Below, one piece after another: positions 62,862 through 64,000 of a stretch of 64,000 bases of DNA. The notes beneath the pieces are model-generated. The model saw only the letters and a program-made list of their open reading frames with translations, did not search any database and was not told where the DNA came from. Position numbers and translations under genes: made by a program. The stretch's first letter is position 1. Each line of letters opens with the position of its first letter. The stretch comes from an uncultured Eubacteriales bacterium (GTDB lineage Bacteria; Bacillota; Clostridia; Oscillospirales; Oscillospiraceae). The DNA lies in the NCBI GenBank assembly GCA_902475435.1, contig CABRZL010000001.1, positions 19,817 to 83,816 on the forward strand, written 5' to 3'.

Positions 62862-64000
62862 TCAGCGATTAAAGCTTTCAGCATCAAACGTCAGTACCAG
62901 ATAATAACGCTGTCCCGGCTCCTGAAGCGCCTCTTCTAACTTCCTTTGAATTTCTTCCTCCTGACATCGCATTTCATAGGGCACTACCACGTCAAAAATC
63001 AGGTTTGTATGCTCTGGACCGACAACCATGCGAAAATCATGAAATGAAAGTCTTGGATCAATTTCCCGAAGTTTTTGATCTACCTTCTCCCGCATGCGTC
63101 TGACTTCTGCATCGTCCGTCACGACAGGGTCGTAATGGATCGTCAAATGAATGTGATGATCCTGTAAAAACATGCGCTCAATATTATCAATCATATTATG
63201 GATCTCCATAACATCTTCATTGCGGTCTACTTCCACATGAATACTGGCAAATGTCTGCCCGGGGCCATAATCGTGTACCATCAGGTCATGGACGCCCAAA
63301 ATACGGTCATCATAGTGAAGCACTTCATTTTTCACCATATGTACCAACTCTTCGTCTGCTGGTGCCCCCAGCAGCGGACTGATGGTTTCCTTTGCAATCT
63401 CCACTCCGCTGTAAAGAATAAACAGCGCTACCAGGAATCCAATATATCCGTCCAGATTCCATCCGGTCACCTGCGCAATCACCGCAGCCGCCAATACCGC
63501 CCCAGTGGAAATCACATCATTCCGGCTGTCTGCCGCCGTCGCAATCAGTGACGTGCTGGATATTCGTTTCCCTAAATCACGGTTAAAGAGCGCCATCCAA
63601 AGCTTTACGCCAATGGACAATACCAGCACCAACACCAAAGCTACAGAAAAGTCCACGGCTTCCGGATGCAATATTTTCTCAAAAGAGCTCTTGGCCAACT
63701 GCACTCCAATAATTAAAATCAAAGCCGCTACTGTAAGCCCAGACAGATATTCAATGCGAGCATGACCATATGGATGCTCTTCATCTTCCGGTTTTTGCGC
63801 CAGCCGAAATCCTACCAACGTCACAATGGATGAAGACGCATCAGATAAGTTGTTCACTGCATCCGCCGTAATGGAAACGCTTCCGCTGATTGTACCAATA
63901 ATCAGCTTCGCCGCAAACAGAAGCAAATTGCAGACAATCCCCACGGCGCCTGCTAACGTTCCGTACGCGCCTCGAACCCCCGGGTCCTCTACTTGCTCCC
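62862..64000 (-). CDS. Cation diffusion facilitator family transporter (5'-partial, runs off window end)
   Basis: CDF motifs are present: ITADAVNNLSDASSSIV, HPYGHARIEY, and a C-terminal cytoplasmic domain. The frame stays open from 63944 to 63998 (..VRGAYGTLAGAVGIV..). Confidence 0.88.
   Translation of the reverse strand, partial: EQVEDPGVRGAYGTLAGAVGIVCNLLLFAAKLIIGTISGSVSITADAVNNLSDASSSIVTLVGFRLAQKPEDEEHPYGHARIEYLSGLTVAALILIIGVQLAKSSFEKILHPEAVDFSVALVLVLVLSIGVKLWMALFNRDLGKRISSTSLIATAADSRNDVISTGAVLAAAVIAQVTGWNLDGYIGFLVALFILYSGVEIAKETISPLLGAPADEELVHMVKNEVLHYDDRILGVHDLMVHDYGPGQTFASIHVEVDRNEDVMEIHNMIDNIERMFLQDHHIHLTIHYDPVVTDDAEVRRMREKVDQKLREIDPRLSFHDFRMVVGPEHTNLIFDVVVPYEMRCQEEEIQRKLEEALQEPGQRYYLVLTFDAESFNR

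Noticed and set aside
62593-62887. Regular 18-nt periodic repeats (CRISPR-like at first glance) and two minus-strand ORFs of 83 and 96 aa.
   Set aside because: The repeats are contiguous with no spacers and stay in frame within the VanW-family ORF, encoding DPTPST units. The minus-strand ORFs are repeat-generated shadows. There is no CRISPR array and there are no cas genes.

Overview
This is a chromosomal, mostly housekeeping 64-kb segment of a moderately GC-rich Firmicute. It looks Clostridia-like: two perfect CIRCE/HrcA operators, SLH-anchored wall proteins, and infC-rpmI-rplT, glmU-prs-pth-mfd and mazG-hup synteny. I make 57 protein-coding calls and one tRNA-Thr(GGU). Coding density is high, and almost every long sense ORF belongs to a recognisable family. 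I saw no rRNA, CRISPR array, transposase, integrase, phage genes or recognisable defence genes.

Blocks:
- (i) 1.1-11.3 kb: a CoA-transferase-rich acyl-CoA locus (MarR, two tandem acetyl-CoA hydrolase/transferase paralogues, two CtfA/B-type pairs, a thiolase), split by a beta-helix/SLH surface protein.
- (ii) MATE pump, tRNA-Thr, esterase, CIRCE-hsp20, and an atypical OYE/FadH-like flavoenzyme.
- (iii) infC-rpmI-rplT, tspO, a GlmU-N-like nucleotidyltransferase, deoC, tatD, mnmG, typA, rsmF-like.
- (iv) Wall-associated and flavoprotein genes.
- (v) M20 peptidase, rlmA, prfA, tsaC, coaE fused to an M18 aminopeptidase.
- (vi) NTase islet, alaX, MerR, rpoD, tyrA, orphan SBP, icd.
- (vii) hrcA-grpE-dnaK-dnaJ, glmU-like-prs-pth-mfd, VanW, CDF.

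Most noteworthy oddities:
- a phased DnaA-box array at 48.16-48.24 kb;
- an in-frame coaE-M18 fusion;
- an apparently split GlmU;
- a Gly/Pro/Met-rich low-complexity module shared by two unrelated proteins;
- an AT-rich single-gene nucleotidyltransferase islet;
- a MarR-headed cluster of CoA-transferases with no partner pathway genes.

I found no compelling multi-gene novel system. All calls rest on motif recognition by eye; no searches or computations were run.
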